Below are positions 51,075 to 63,498 of a stretch of 64,000 bases of DNA, in pieces. Every line of letters starts with the position of its first letter. Position 1 is the stretch's first letter. The notes under the pieces were generated by a model. It did not search any database and was not told the DNA's origin. It worked only from the letters and a program-made list of their open reading frames with translations. The translations under genes and the position numbers were made by a program. The DNA lies in the NCBI RefSeq assembly GCF_030028105.1, contig NC_092376.1:158936212-159000211 (forward strand), written 5' to 3'. The stretch is from Mobula birostris (lineage: Eukaryota).

Positions 51075-51800
51075 CAAAGTTGAAATTTCAAAGTAAATTT
51101 ATTATGAAAATACAAATATTCACTGTCTGCAACCCTGAGATTCATTTTGCTGCAGGCATATTCAGAATCAGAATCAGAATCAGGTTTATTAATCACCAGC
51201 ATGTGTCGTGAAATTTGTTAACTTAGCAGCAGCTGTTCAATGCAATACATAATAAAGAAGAAGGAAAAAATAATAAATAAGTAAATCAATTATAGTAAAG
51301 GTATAATATAAGTACAGAAATAATATAGATTAAATAAGTGAGGTAGTGTTTACGGTTTCAATGTCCATTTATGAATAAATCTATCTATTAACCAAAATAA
51401 AATCAATGAAGGACCACACCAACTTGGGCATTCAACAGTGTGCAAAAGACAACAAACTGTACAAGTACAAAAAAGAAAGAAATAATAATAATAATAAATA
51501 AATAAGCAATAAATATCAAGAACATGAGATAAAGAATCCTTGAAAGTATGTCCTTAGGTTATGGAAACATTTCAATGATGGGGAAAGTGAAGTCGAGTGA
51601 AGTTATCCCCTTTGGTTCAAGAGCCTGATGGTTGAGGGGTGATAACTATTCCTGAATTTGGTGCTATGAGTCCTGAGGCTCCTGTACCTTCTTCCTGATG
51701 GCAGCAGCAAGAAGGGAGCGTGACCTTGGTGACGGGGTCCCTGCTGATGGATGCCGTTTTCCTGCGACAACGCTTCCTATAGATGTGCACAGTGGTGGCT
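51075..51800 (-). mobile_element. Rex1-type 3' fragment with a second 3' end ((aatcag)n tail) nested at about 51160-51375
   Basis: Homologous to 11890-12398. Confidence 0.75.
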
Positions 51801-52264
51801 GGGAGAAGAAGGCGTACTCCAATCTTAGACCTCTGATGCAATAATTTCAATTCCCTCCACTTCTACCTATCACAAGAGAAGAGGTCTTTTCAAGAATTAA
51901 TAAACATCACTTAACAGTTGCAATTCTGCCAGAGGCAAACTGGAAATAAACTTGCCAATGCATTTTCCCATAATTTAGATCCTGGATTGAGAAATATTTT
52001 CTGATGAGACTAAAGTCAGAGTGGTTCATTTGCATGTGATGCTTAAATGTTTTCTCCAGCTTTCTGATGAGACATCATCGGAGGTTCAGGAAACCCAGAG
52101 ACCAATGGAATGAGTGCACATTCTATTATTTCATTAATGTTGTGTATGAACCATTGAGAAAACACATTGCATGTGCCTTCCTATTTGACAAGTAAAATGG
52201 TAGAAGGAAAACTAAATAGTTTTATCATTTTAAGTCATATGTGGAGTAGTAAACAGTCAAATGA

Positions 52265-52411
52265 AGGAATTCAGTGAGTCGAGCAGCATGTGTGGGGAAA
52301 AAAAATTATCAACATTTCAGTCAAAACTCTGCATCAGTCTTCATGCAGGGTTTCAACCCATATCAGACAATTTATTTCTCCCCACAGATGCTGGTCAATC
52401 ACTGATTTCCT
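52265..52411. repeat. Imperfect palindrome of two head-to-head Penelope-like termini
   Basis: aggaattcagtga..cagcatgtgtgggga.. mirrors tccccacagatgctg..tcactgatttcct. Confidence 0.7.
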
Positions 52412-53277
52412 CTAGCAAGTTGCTTTTTGCTCCAGATTCCAGCATGTGCAGTCTCTTTTGTGTGTGGAGCAGTTCGCATTTCCTTTTATCCAGGCTTGAA
52501 ACTGGATCACACTGCTGAGATAAAAGTGACCTATAATCATTTTCTGAAATTGTACCAATCTCCAGACATCACCAGACTGTAAGAATCCAGTACAGCGGGG
52601 GAAAATATTCGGGAAGTTCTGCAGCAAGTTCATGAGGCTAAAAGTTATCAGTGTAGCAGGCAGGGGTAGACGTGGTGCTTTCTGATATCAGGTCAGTACT
52701 CATTATTGGGGAAGCCTAACTGTAAACGGAGCATGGACTATATCCGATCAAAGAACATCTGTTACCGTGAAAATCAGAAAAGATATCCCTGTATCCCTGC
52801 TTGTTAAATGCACCCTGAAGTGAATAAATTCTTAACAAAATAATGAGGACGAAGTGATTAACAGTTCCACTTTCGGAGATGATTAACATTTTATTGTTCT
52901 ATGTTTTATATCTATGCGACACATAATAGATTTGAAAGGTTCTGTACATTCTTCTGCATTTTCATTAGATTTAGTGAACTCTTTTCTGAAAATTCTGATT
53001 TAAATATTACAGATTGATCTGACATTCCAGCAACATTTCACATCGATACAAACAATGTTGAGATCCATCGCTGATTGCCTTTATAGATTTTCTCTTCAAA
53101 TTAACCTGTTTTATGCATCTGCCTTGAGCACACATTACAGTGCAAAATATGTACATTCTAGAATTAAATGGTACAACAGGGAAGACATAGAACAGTCAAT
53201 TAAACCCAGAAATATTTGGTGTAATCAATCCACGGTGTGCCATTGGTCTCAAGAATCAAAGTTCTATTGACATAGGC

Positions 53278-53924
53278 AGGAGGAGAAATTGGCGGCGTGA
53301 TGCCGCGCGTGCGGCCGTTCCAAATTGATATCGTATTTGTGAAGTAGGATGCCGTGTACAATCCTGATCTGATGGAGACAGACGTGAAGAAGTGCGTAGG
53401 AACACCTGGAGAAACTTCTGAAATGCCTGCTTCACTGCTGCTGCCACTGTGCAATCGAGAATCTCCGGAGAGGAAGGCCCCAAATCCTTGGCTTTGCCTA
53501 TTGCCTGTTGCCGGGGCTGGGGTCGAAGCGCTCGGCAGAGATGGTGCTCAGTGCTCGGTGTCGGAGAGCTGGTCGGAGGCTTGGAGTTTTCGGACGGACT
53601 CGGGGTCGGACTGTGGTCGGATGCTTCCAGGATGTTGCATCAGCAAGTTTGCGACGCTGGAGGTTTACCGTCTGCGTGAGATGATGGTACTTTCGAGAGA
53701 CTTTGAGACTCTTACCGTGCCTATGGTCTGTTCTTATCAAATTATGGTATTGCTTTGTACTGTTGTAACTATATGTTATAATTATGTGGTTTTTGTCAGT
53801 TTTTAAGTCGGTTTGTCATGTGTTTCTGTGATATCATTCCGGAAAAACATTGTATCATTTCTTAATGCATGCATTACTAAATGACAATAAAAGAGGACTG
53901 CGTGTCCTCATAATCTAACCTAAC
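53278..53924 (+). mobile_element. Young CpG-rich non-autonomous retroelement with a Rex1-like 3' end
   Basis: High CpG density and no RT motif. Ends atgacaataaaa, GAGGAC-tgcgt-GTCCTC hairpin, then taatctaacctaac. Confidence 0.6.
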
Positions 53925-54399
53925 ATTGGTCCGGCAGATCTTTGTCTGTCATGTGAGCTTTCAGGGCAAGCACATTCAGTGGAAGGTACAGAGAGTCATT
54001 GTAGCCACTCAGCTCTCTGCCAGCTCCTAATAGAGCAATTCTATCTGTGCCATTCCCCCATTACTTTTCTCTACACCAGCCTATTATTTCTCCTTAAATG
54101 CCAATCCAATTTCAGTCTGAAGGCTCTGGCCCTCTGTGAGAAAGATCCTTTCTGTATTTCCCCACAACTTTAAATCCGTCTCCACAGTTATCTGCTAATG
54201 GAAACAATATAAACAGTCACAATCCTCTACATCTTTATAAAATCTCCTCTCAATCTTCGTTACTGCAAAGAGAACTACACAAGCTTCTCCTGCCCAACCT
54301 TGTAGAAAGTACTTCATTCAAGGACACACTTAAGACTCAGTCAGAAGATAGTCTTGAAACTTCTTTAATGAGGTCACTCCAAAATGCAGGATCCAACTT

Positions 54400-56505
54400 G
54401 CAATGTTCACGTCTATGCCTAAACAAGGACGACTACAATGGGATGAGAGACGAGTTAGGTAAGGTAGACTGGGAACACAAGCTATATGGTGGGACAGTGG
54501 AGGAACAGTGGAAGACTTTCAAGGAGATTTTTCATGGTGCTCAACCAAAGTATGTTCCAGTTAAAAGCAAGGACAGTAAAGAAATAAAGCAAGGCATCAA
54601 ACTAAAAGCTTGTGTGTAGAAAGTCACCAAGAGTATTGGGAAACTGGAAGATTGGGAAAAGTTCAAAAAGCAACAAAGAACTACCGAGCTAGCAATAAAG
54701 AAAGGGAAGATAGATTATGAAAATAAAATAGCACAAAATATAATAATTATATAAAGTGGAAAAAGTGGATGTAGGTCCCAGAGGACGAGAAGGGGGAATT
54801 GATATTGGGTAATGAGGAAAAGGACAAGGCTTTGGATGACTATTTTGTGTCAGCTTTCATGGTGAAGGACATGTCTAACATGTCGATGGAGAGATGACAT
54901 GGATGTGATTGGAGGTAAGGACCTTGATGCAGTAGCTTAAGTTCCATGATCCTGTTGGAATGCATCCAAGGATACTGAAAGAAATGGCACAGGTTATATT
55001 TCAGGCTTTAGTGATAATTTACCAAAATTCTCTGGACTCTGGGCAGGTTCCGGCAGATTTGAAGAAGACTAATGTCATGCCACTGTTCAAAAATGGATGT
55101 AGGCAAAAGGCAGCTAACTATAGGCCAGTTAGTTTAACATCTGTAGTTGGGGAAATGCTTGAAGCTATTATTAAAGAAGAAATAACAAGGCATCTGGAAA
55201 AAAATGGATCCATCAGGCAAACAGAGCATAGGTTCAGCAAAGGCAGGTCCTGTTTGACAAAATTACTGGAGTCCTTTGAGGACATAACAAGCACAGTGGA
55301 TAGAGGGAACAGATGGACGTTATTTACTTGGATTTCCAGAAGTGATTTGATAAGGTGCCATATAAAAGACTTACCCATAAGATAAGGATGCATAGAGTTG
55401 GGGGTGATGCATTAGCATGGATAGAGGATTAGCTAACTAATAGAAAGCAGAGAGTTGGGATACATGAGTGTTACTCTAGCTGGCAATCAGTGGTGAACAG
55501 TGCGCCGCAGGGATCGGTGCTGGGCTCGCAACTGTTCACGATATACTTTAACGATCTGGAAGAGGAGACCGAGTGTAGTGTATCTAAGTTTGTTGATGAC
55601 ACTAAATTGAGTGGAAATGCAAATTGTGCAGTGTATACGGAGAGTCAGCGGAGAGATATAGATAGGATAAGTGAGTGGCAAGGGTTTGGCAGATGGAGTA
55701 CGATGTTGGTAAATGTGAAGGAAAAGTGGAAGGTCAGATTATTATTTCAATGGTTAAAGGATGCAGCATGCTGCTGTGCAGAAGGACTTGGGAGTGCTTG
55801 TGCATGAATTGTGAGTTTGCAGTTGCAGCTGGCTGTCAAGAAGGCGAATGGAACGCTGCCCTTCATTGCTAGAGGGATTGAATTTAAGAGCAGGGAGATT
55901 ATGCTGCAACTGTACAGGGTACTGGGGAGGCTGTACCTGGAGTACTGCATGTAGTTCTGGTCTCCTTGCTTGAGGAAGGATATACTGGCTTTGGATTGCG
56001 GTACAGAGAAGGTACACCAGATTTATTCCTTGAGATGAGGCGGTTAGTCTATGAGACAAAATTGAGTCACCTGGGACTGTACTCGCTGGAATTCAGAAGA
56101 ATGAGAGGAGATCTTATAGAAACATAAAATTATGAAATGGATAAATAAGATAGAGACAGGAAAGTTGTTTCCACTGGTAGGTGAGACTAGAACTAGGGGA
56201 TATAGCCTCGAGATTTGGGTTAGTAAATTTAGGATGGAGATGAAGAGGAGCTGCTTTTACCAAAGAGTGGTGAATCTGTCGAATTTTCTGCCCAATGAAG
56301 CAGTGGAAGCTACCTCAGTAAGTATATTAAAGACAACGTTGGATAGATTTTTGCATGGTAGGGGAATTAGGGGTTATGGGGTAAAGGCAGGTAGGTGGAA
56401 ATGAGCCCATGGTCAGATCAGCCATGATCCTATTGAATGGCGGAGCAGGCTCGACGGGCCAGGTGGCCTACTCCTGCTCTTATTTCCTATGTTCTTCTGT
56501 TCTTA
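54400..56505 (+). mobile_element. Degenerate CR1 LINE ORF2 plus 3' UTR
   Basis: HPRILKE..NYRPVSLTSVVG..GRSCLT; APQGSVLG..SKFVDDTK; tail ttcctatgttcttctgttctta. Confidence 0.9.
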
Positions 56506-57779
56506 TCTCCATGCCTTCCTCCTGAACCAAACACTCTCATCAGTAGAGCAAAAGATTACCTTAAAGACAGAGATAACAGTCGAGCATGTTCTTAAGCTTC
56601 CTTGAAAAGAAACAACGGCCTCAACTCATGGGAATCCCTGCTTTCTGACCTCTCAAGATGCAGAAGAAAAGCCTGAGAAGTTGCCAAGTGCCTTGTATCT
56701 CTGCAGCAGGAGCTCAGGGGTTAGCTGAAAGTGGGAAAGGAGCTCCAAAGAACCCACAGCCTGCCCATACAAGGACTTCCTGCACCACCTGTAGGTTGTT
56801 GATCGAATCTGAGCACCTACCTTAAAACCAAAAAAATGAAATGTAAGCAAGTCATTTCTAAAGTTTTTAAACATTTTGTCATGTTCAATGGTTACCAGCT
56901 TCAGTACTCAACCACAAAGCACTGTTTCATTAGCTACTAGCCTCTAACTCAGCATATTGTCCCTCCTGTCAGATCGATCTTCCCATTATTCACGCCCACC
57001 ACCCTTCTTCCAGTAATCTGGTTTCACCTATCAGCCCCTGTTTCACCTTTCTCTGTCACCTCTTTATGTTGGCTATCTTCCCTCTACACTCTCAGTCCCA
57101 ATCTTGGGTCTTTGCCTGAAATGTCGACAATCCCTTTAACTCCAGAGTTTCTGCTAGACCTGTTGAATTCCTCCAGCAGTTTGTGTTCTGCTCTAGATAT
57201 CAGCATTTGCAGTTTCTAGTGTGTCTGCCTGTGCTGTTTTGAAAACATCTGATTAATTTTGTTGCTTTAGGGCTGAACAAAAAATTCTAAAATGTACAAA
57301 ATTTAAAAAATCTAATTTATCAGCTTAATGATTGACCAGTTTAGTGAATCAATCTACCCTTCTTGCTGAGTGCAACCACCTTCTTCACACTTGACCAATG
57401 AGGGCTCAAACATCATTGATGCATGACTAATAAAAATGTTGTATGCAAACTAACAGCTAATTGTAGCACAATACTCAGTTGGTCAATGGGAGCTCAAAAA
57501 CATGTTTAATGTAGTTTTGATACAGTCCAGGCTATTTTTCTTAGGGGCAGATAAAATGGGAAGAATTTGTTTTAACCTTCATTAAGCACTTCACAATGCT
57601 TGACATTAATTTTGGTCTGAACAATGATCAATGGTATACACAGTATTAACCACAATAGAAATTTATTTGCAAAATTCTCAGCATTAACAAGTGGTAGAAC
57701 TTTGAGAAGCAAAGGCAGATTGAAGAACAACAGAAAGTTTCTCTAAGCTTCTGAGGAAGTAGTGATCTGAGGTGAGTCA

Positions 57780-58240
57780 TAAAGTCGTAACAGACCGTTC
57801 AGAGCAGTTGTCCACACGGACTAAGTGGCACCCAGTAGTAATAATTCCATCTTTAGCACTTGGCCCATAGCCCCTATTCCTAGGCAATCCAAGTATTCTT
57901 CCAGACATTCCTTAGTTGCTGTTTGTGGCTCTACTTTCCTCACTTTCTCTGATGATGGATTACGAGTACTTACTACTCTCTAGATAATAAAGGTTTCCCA
58001 CAGATCCCTGTTAAATCTTACTCATGTCCTTTAGTTTTTCCAACCACTGATTTGGGGAAAAGTTTTCTACCATATACCCTATTTGTAGTCTTAATAATGT
58101 TATATACTTCAGTCATGCTCCTTCTTAGCCTTCTCTGCTCCAGGGTAAATAGATCTAGACTTTGCAGTGTCTCCTCAATGCCAACACACACTATTCCAGG
58201 CAAAACCCCAGTGAATGTCCTCAGCGCATTGATCTTACCA
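57780..58240 (-). mobile_element. Old CR1 3' fragment
   Basis: FTGVLPG..LDLFTLEQRRLR...EVYNII. Confidence 0.7.
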
Positions 58241-58525
58241 TTCCTATACAAAGTGGAGTGAAGAGAAAGTTATGAAGGTAACCACATCACTCAGAAATAA
58301 AAGGGTCTCCCATTTACCAGGTAAATAGCATGTGGCTTCAAGGTATTCAATATTTTGTTAAGATTTGCCATGATTCAGGTACCGCAATGCCTGTGATTTT
58401 ATGAAGGGACCATTGTTAAATGTTTTGAATCCGTACTGTTTGTTAAAAGGACTGAAAGTGATGCAGTCAAAAGTGTCAAGAAAGTGTGTTGCTTTGGACA
58501 TGAGATTGCAAGATTTGGAACAACA

Positions 58526-58527
<2 letters not shown>

Positions 58528-58561
<34 letters not shown>
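58528..58561 (+). repeat. (GT)17 microsatellite
   Basis: Pure GT dinucleotide run. Confidence 0.98.
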
Positions 58562-58562
<1 letters not shown>

Positions 58563-59169
58563 GGGGTGCTGGGGTTAATTGGTTAATTGCACTGAAACAA
58601 TGGAAATTCCAGTTAAAATGGGAGGAAAATTCAGTCTAGACACTAACCTTGGATCGCTTCTTTCAGAAGAAAGTGTTACAACCTGGCTCATTTCCAAACA
58701 CACCACAAGCCCACTCCCCAACCTCCACTACCCAAGCTATTTCACTTCATCTCCTGCTGTTACTGTTGTTTTGATGCGTTCATGAGCTCATTTAAGTCAG
58801 TTCACTATTTAATGAATAACCTAAGCTTATCCTCGAGAAAGCCATTCATCACTCTGTCAGAAATGCATCCCAAAACATATAATGGTTTTAGTCTGTTGTC
58901 TATCAGAGTCATCAACTGCAAGCATGTGTATCCTGTCATTAGAATAGAGGGTCTATCCTTGGATCATTCAGTCACAATGAGCCTGTTGTACCATAGTGTC
59001 AGTGAGCAGGCAAGGGAGCAGAACATTTGTTGGGCTTGTCAATTCCACAAGATTAAGGTGCTTTCTATATTAATGGATCAGTCAGTCACTACAGAAACTC
59101 TGAAATGTGTGCCATTATGTCAGTCACACACCAACGAGTCAGTCGTATCATGGAACCAGTCATCTTACA

Positions 59170-60197
59170 CAGAAAATGGAACAGCACTTTGGCCCACTTT
59201 GTTGTGTCAACTTATATAATATATGATCAATATAATCCTTCCCTCCTATACAGCCCGTAACCCTCTATTTTCTGATATCTATGTCCTATTTAAGAGTCTT
59301 TTAAATATCAGCCTCTACCACCACCCTTGACAGTGCTTTTCACACAGGTATGCAAAAGACCTACCTCTGACACCTCCCCTAAACCTTCCTCCAAGGATGT
59401 CCTCTGGGATTGGCCGTTGTCGTGCTGGGGAAAAGGCACATGCAGTCCACTCTGTTTATGCCTTTTATAATCTATACACCTAATTCAGATGTTCTCTAAT
59501 CCTCCTTTGCTCCAAAGAGGAGCTCAGTTGCATTTTCCTCATAAAATATGTTCTCTAATCCAGGCTACATCTCGGTAGCTATAGATCTACATTGTTATGC
59601 ATGATATCAGGAATAATGGTAGGAATATTGTGAGTAATCTGGAGTATTGTGAGCAGTTTTGGGCCCCTTATTTTAGAAAGGATGTGCTGACATTGGAGAG
59701 GGTTCAAAGGAAGTTCTCAAAAATGATTCCAGGATAGAACGGCTTCTTCTGTGAAGAGTGCTTGATGGCTCTAGGCCTGTATACACCAGAATTCAGAAGA
59801 ATGAGGGGTGACCTATTTGAAACCTATTGAATGTTGAAAGGCCTCGATAGAGTGGATGTGGAGAGGTGTTTCCTATAGTGGGAGAGTCTCCGACCAGAGG
59901 ACACAGCCTCAGAACAGAGGGTTGTCCATTTAGAATGGAGATAAGGAGGAATTTCTTTAGCCAGAGAGTGGTGAATCTGTGGAATTTGTTGCCACAGGCA
60001 GATGTGGAGGCTAAGTCTTTACATATATTTAAGGCAGAGATTAATAACTTCTTGACTGGTCAGGGTATGAAGGGATATGGGGAGAAAGCAGGAGATTGAG
60101 GCTGAGAGGAAAACTGGATCAGCCAATGACGAAATGGCAGAGCAGTCTCGATGGGCCAAATGGCCTAATCCTATATCTTATGGTCTTATAGTCTTAT
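59170..60197. mobile_element. Two CR1 3' fragments in opposite orientation (about 59170-59575 minus; 59636-60197 plus)
   Basis: Plus piece TRGHSLR..RRNFFSQRVVNLWNLLP with (ggtctta)n tail. The minus piece resembles the 7046-7500 type. Confidence 0.8.
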
Positions 60198-61439
60198 GAA
60201 TTTTCTAGTGATAGATCATATTATCTGAATAGGGTATTAATATTTTGAATATTAATGTTCAGATATGATTATGCAAACATCTACACTGTTAGTGTGACTT
60301 CATAATCTTTAACTGCAAGAAGTCAAACATGTTGTCTAGCTGTAGATGCATTCACTGCAGTTTACAGATCACTTAGATTCATAAGCAACAATCAGAATAA
60401 TTCACATTAATACAGGCTCTACACATAGCAGGACGCCTAGAATACAATCTGAGTGCTGATGGAACTGGTCTCACTCGTTATTTATCATCTGTTGTTTTAA
60501 TGAATATCAGATGCTCTGTGGGCACATTTACATTTTTTGCCCGTTCAATTAGACTGAGAAACATATGCTGCCCTTCCAATCCTTTCTAGGGATTATCCAA
60601 TCAGGTGGAAAAATGTCTCAGTGGATCAGTAATACCCACACACTGTCAGAATTTACTGATTACCGAAAACAACACGCATGTTTATTCCCTACGATACACT
60701 GTTTTAAACTGAAACTAACAAATGCAATGAAGGTGTGAAAATGCCCACTCATAATTTTTCCCTTGTATTTAAAAGTATTTCTAATTTTAACTCACCACTA
60801 AAATCTCATCGTTTATGGTTGATTTTAACTGCTGCTTTTATTACTAAATGGACCATTGAGATATCTCCCTGGAGTAACTTCAAAAGGAGATTTATCTTTA
60901 AAAAATTGACTTGAATGCGAGTCTCCAAGACAGTGACTGTGACTGTAATTAACATAAGTGTTGATGTACAGTAATTGAATATTTCCACTGCTGGTTATAA
61001 TTAAAGTTTAGCATACAATCTAAGGCTTAGTCTTAAACTAAAATTTGATGATAATATCTGTTGATACAGTATGCTGTGATACATTCAGTAAGAGTGGCTA
61101 ACTATACCTATATATATGGCACTAGGCAGCTCTGTAGACAGAGTTTTGATAAAAGAGAGCTTGTGTTTTATAATTCCACAAATTGAACAAAGTGGATATC
61201 CTAGTGGGCTTTGACAGAACCAAAGCTCTTTGAAAGTACCAGCTGTGAAAATAGTGACAGAGAGGGAGGGAGAGAGAATTCCTATGTGTGTGTGTTTTTT
61301 TTATTATTCACGCAACTATAACATACACATTGCTGTCGTTAAATAAAGGTTGAATGTTTGAGTTTTATTTTAGGAAGATTTTAGGAATACTGGCAGTCAG
61401 AAGTTGTCTGCTTACATAATGGTATCTTTCTTCAAGAAC

Positions 61440-61745
61440 AGGTGCTGAGAAGTTTCTGAAGTTTTTGCTTTTCGCACTATTCACTATAAATTCTAAACTG
61501 TTGTGCATGTAAACCCCAGGAGATCAGCAGTTTCTGAAATACTCAAACCACCCCATCTGGCACCAAGGTCAAAGTCACTTAGGTCACATTTCTTCCCCAT
61601 GCTGGTGTTTGATTTGAACAACTGAAGCTCGTGACCATGTCTACATGCTTTTATGCATCGAGTTCCTGTCACATGTTTAGCTGATTAGATATTTGCATTA
61701 CAAGCAGGTGTACAGGTGTACCTAATAGAGTGGCCACTGAATGTA
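61440..61745 (-). mobile_element. Tc1-like non-autonomous element fragment
   Basis: Terminal ggtgtacctaatagagtggccactgaatgTA. Reverse-complement homology to 21519-21790. Confidence 0.7.
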
Positions 61746-62505
61746 CAGTGTTTACTTCACAGTAGGAAGTGGTACAGAGAAAGGAAGGGCATTCTTATGT
61801 CAGCTGTTATATTAGGTTTGCTGTAATCTTTCAAATTAAAGTATTTGACCACAGAATAAGAAATCTGTTTTTTCCATCCTTTACTAAAATTTCATGGTCA
61901 AGATTAGTGATAATACTGCATAGTGGGGTTTAAACTAAGGTTGTAGGGGGATGGGAACCAGAGTGCTTGAACAGTTATTGGAGATGTTGGTAAGGCCTCA
62001 GGCAAAGTCAGGAATCAAAAGGGTGAGCATGCTGCGACTAGTGTCCTGAGTTGTGTATATTTCAATGCAAGAAGTATCGTAGGAAAGGCAGATACGCTCA
62101 GGGCATGGATCGGATCAACACGTGAAATTATGACATTGCAGCCATTAGTGAGACTTGGCTGCAGGAGAGGCAGGACTGGCAGCTCAATATCCCAGGGTTT
62201 TGTTGTTTTAGGCGTGACAGAGCAGGACGGATTAAAGGAGGAGGTTTGGAAAATGCCATGGCAGTGGTCTGTCAGAACAGACTGGAGAACTTGACTACTG
62301 AGGTATTGTGGGTGGAATCGAGAAACAAGAAAGTTATGACCATGTTAATGGGGGCTATATTACAGCCCCCCCCCCCAACAGCCTGTGGGTTTCAGAGGAA
62401 CAAATTTGTAAAGGGATTGCAGATTGTTTTAAGGTTGCTTTAGTAGGTGATTTTAACTTTCCGCACATTGACTGGAAATCCCATACTGTAAAAGGACTAG
62501 ATGGC

Positions 62506-63498
62506 TGCTCCCAACTGCAGCTCTTCCATTTCACACATGTCGGCTCTTACCCCATCCTCCCACCACCCTACCAGGGATAGGGTTCCTCTTGTCCTCACCT
62601 ACTACCCCACCAGCCTCTGCACCCAGCACATGAAGCTTCCGCCACCTCCAGTAGGATCTCACCACCAAGCACATCTTTCTGTCCTCCCACTTTCTGCAGG
62701 GATCGCTCCCTACGTGACTCCCTTGTCCATTCTACCTTCCCCACTGATCTCCCTCCTAGCACTTATCCTTGCAAGTGAAACAAATACTACACCTGCCCCT
62801 ACCCCTCCTCCCTCGCTACCATTCAGGGCCCTAAACAGTCCTTCCAGGTGAGGTGACACTTCACCTGTGAATCTGCTAGGTCATAGTCTGCGTCTGGTGC
62901 TTCCGGTGTGACCTCCTTCTACTGGTGAGACCCGACGTAGATTAGGAGACCACTTTGCTGAGGACCTACACTCCATCTGTCAGAAAAAGTGGGATCTCCC
63001 GGTGACCACCCATTTTAATTTCATTTTCCGTTCCCATTCTGATATGCCTATCCATGGCCTCCTCTACTGTCGTGATGAGGCTACATTTAAGTTGGAGGAG
63101 CAACATCTTTTGTTCCGTTTGGGTAGCCTCCAACCTGATGTGATGAACATCAATTTCTCAAACTTCCTTTCATGTTCCCCCCTCACCATTTCTCATCCCC
63201 TTTTCCCTATCTCACCTTATCTCCTTGCATGCCCACCAACTCCCTCCAGTGCTCCTCACCCCTTTTCTTCCTTCCTTGGCATTCTGTCTCTTTCACCAAT
63301 CAACTTCCCAGTTCTTTACTTCATCCCTCCTCCTTCAGGTTTCGCCTATCACCTTGTGTTTCTCTCTCCCCTCCCCCACCTTTTAAATCTGATCATCGGC
63401 TTTTTTTTTGCAGTCCTGCCGAAGGATTTTGGCCTGAAACGTCGACAATACTCTTTTCCATAGATGCTGCCTGGCCTGCTGAGTTCCTCCAGCATTTT
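62506..63498 (+). mobile_element. Penelope-like element with 9-bp TSD
   Basis: GIY-YIG C-terminus HFNF..HSDM.IHGLLYC..LEEQHLLFRLGSLQP. CTAGATGGC at 62497-62505 and 63499-63507. Confidence 0.92.
63411..63446 (+). ncRNA. Hammerhead motif variant (A6C core change)
   Basis: cagtc CTGCCGA AGG attttgg CCT GAAAC GTC GAC. Stems I and II pair, but the core CUGA reads CUGC. Confidence 0.55.
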
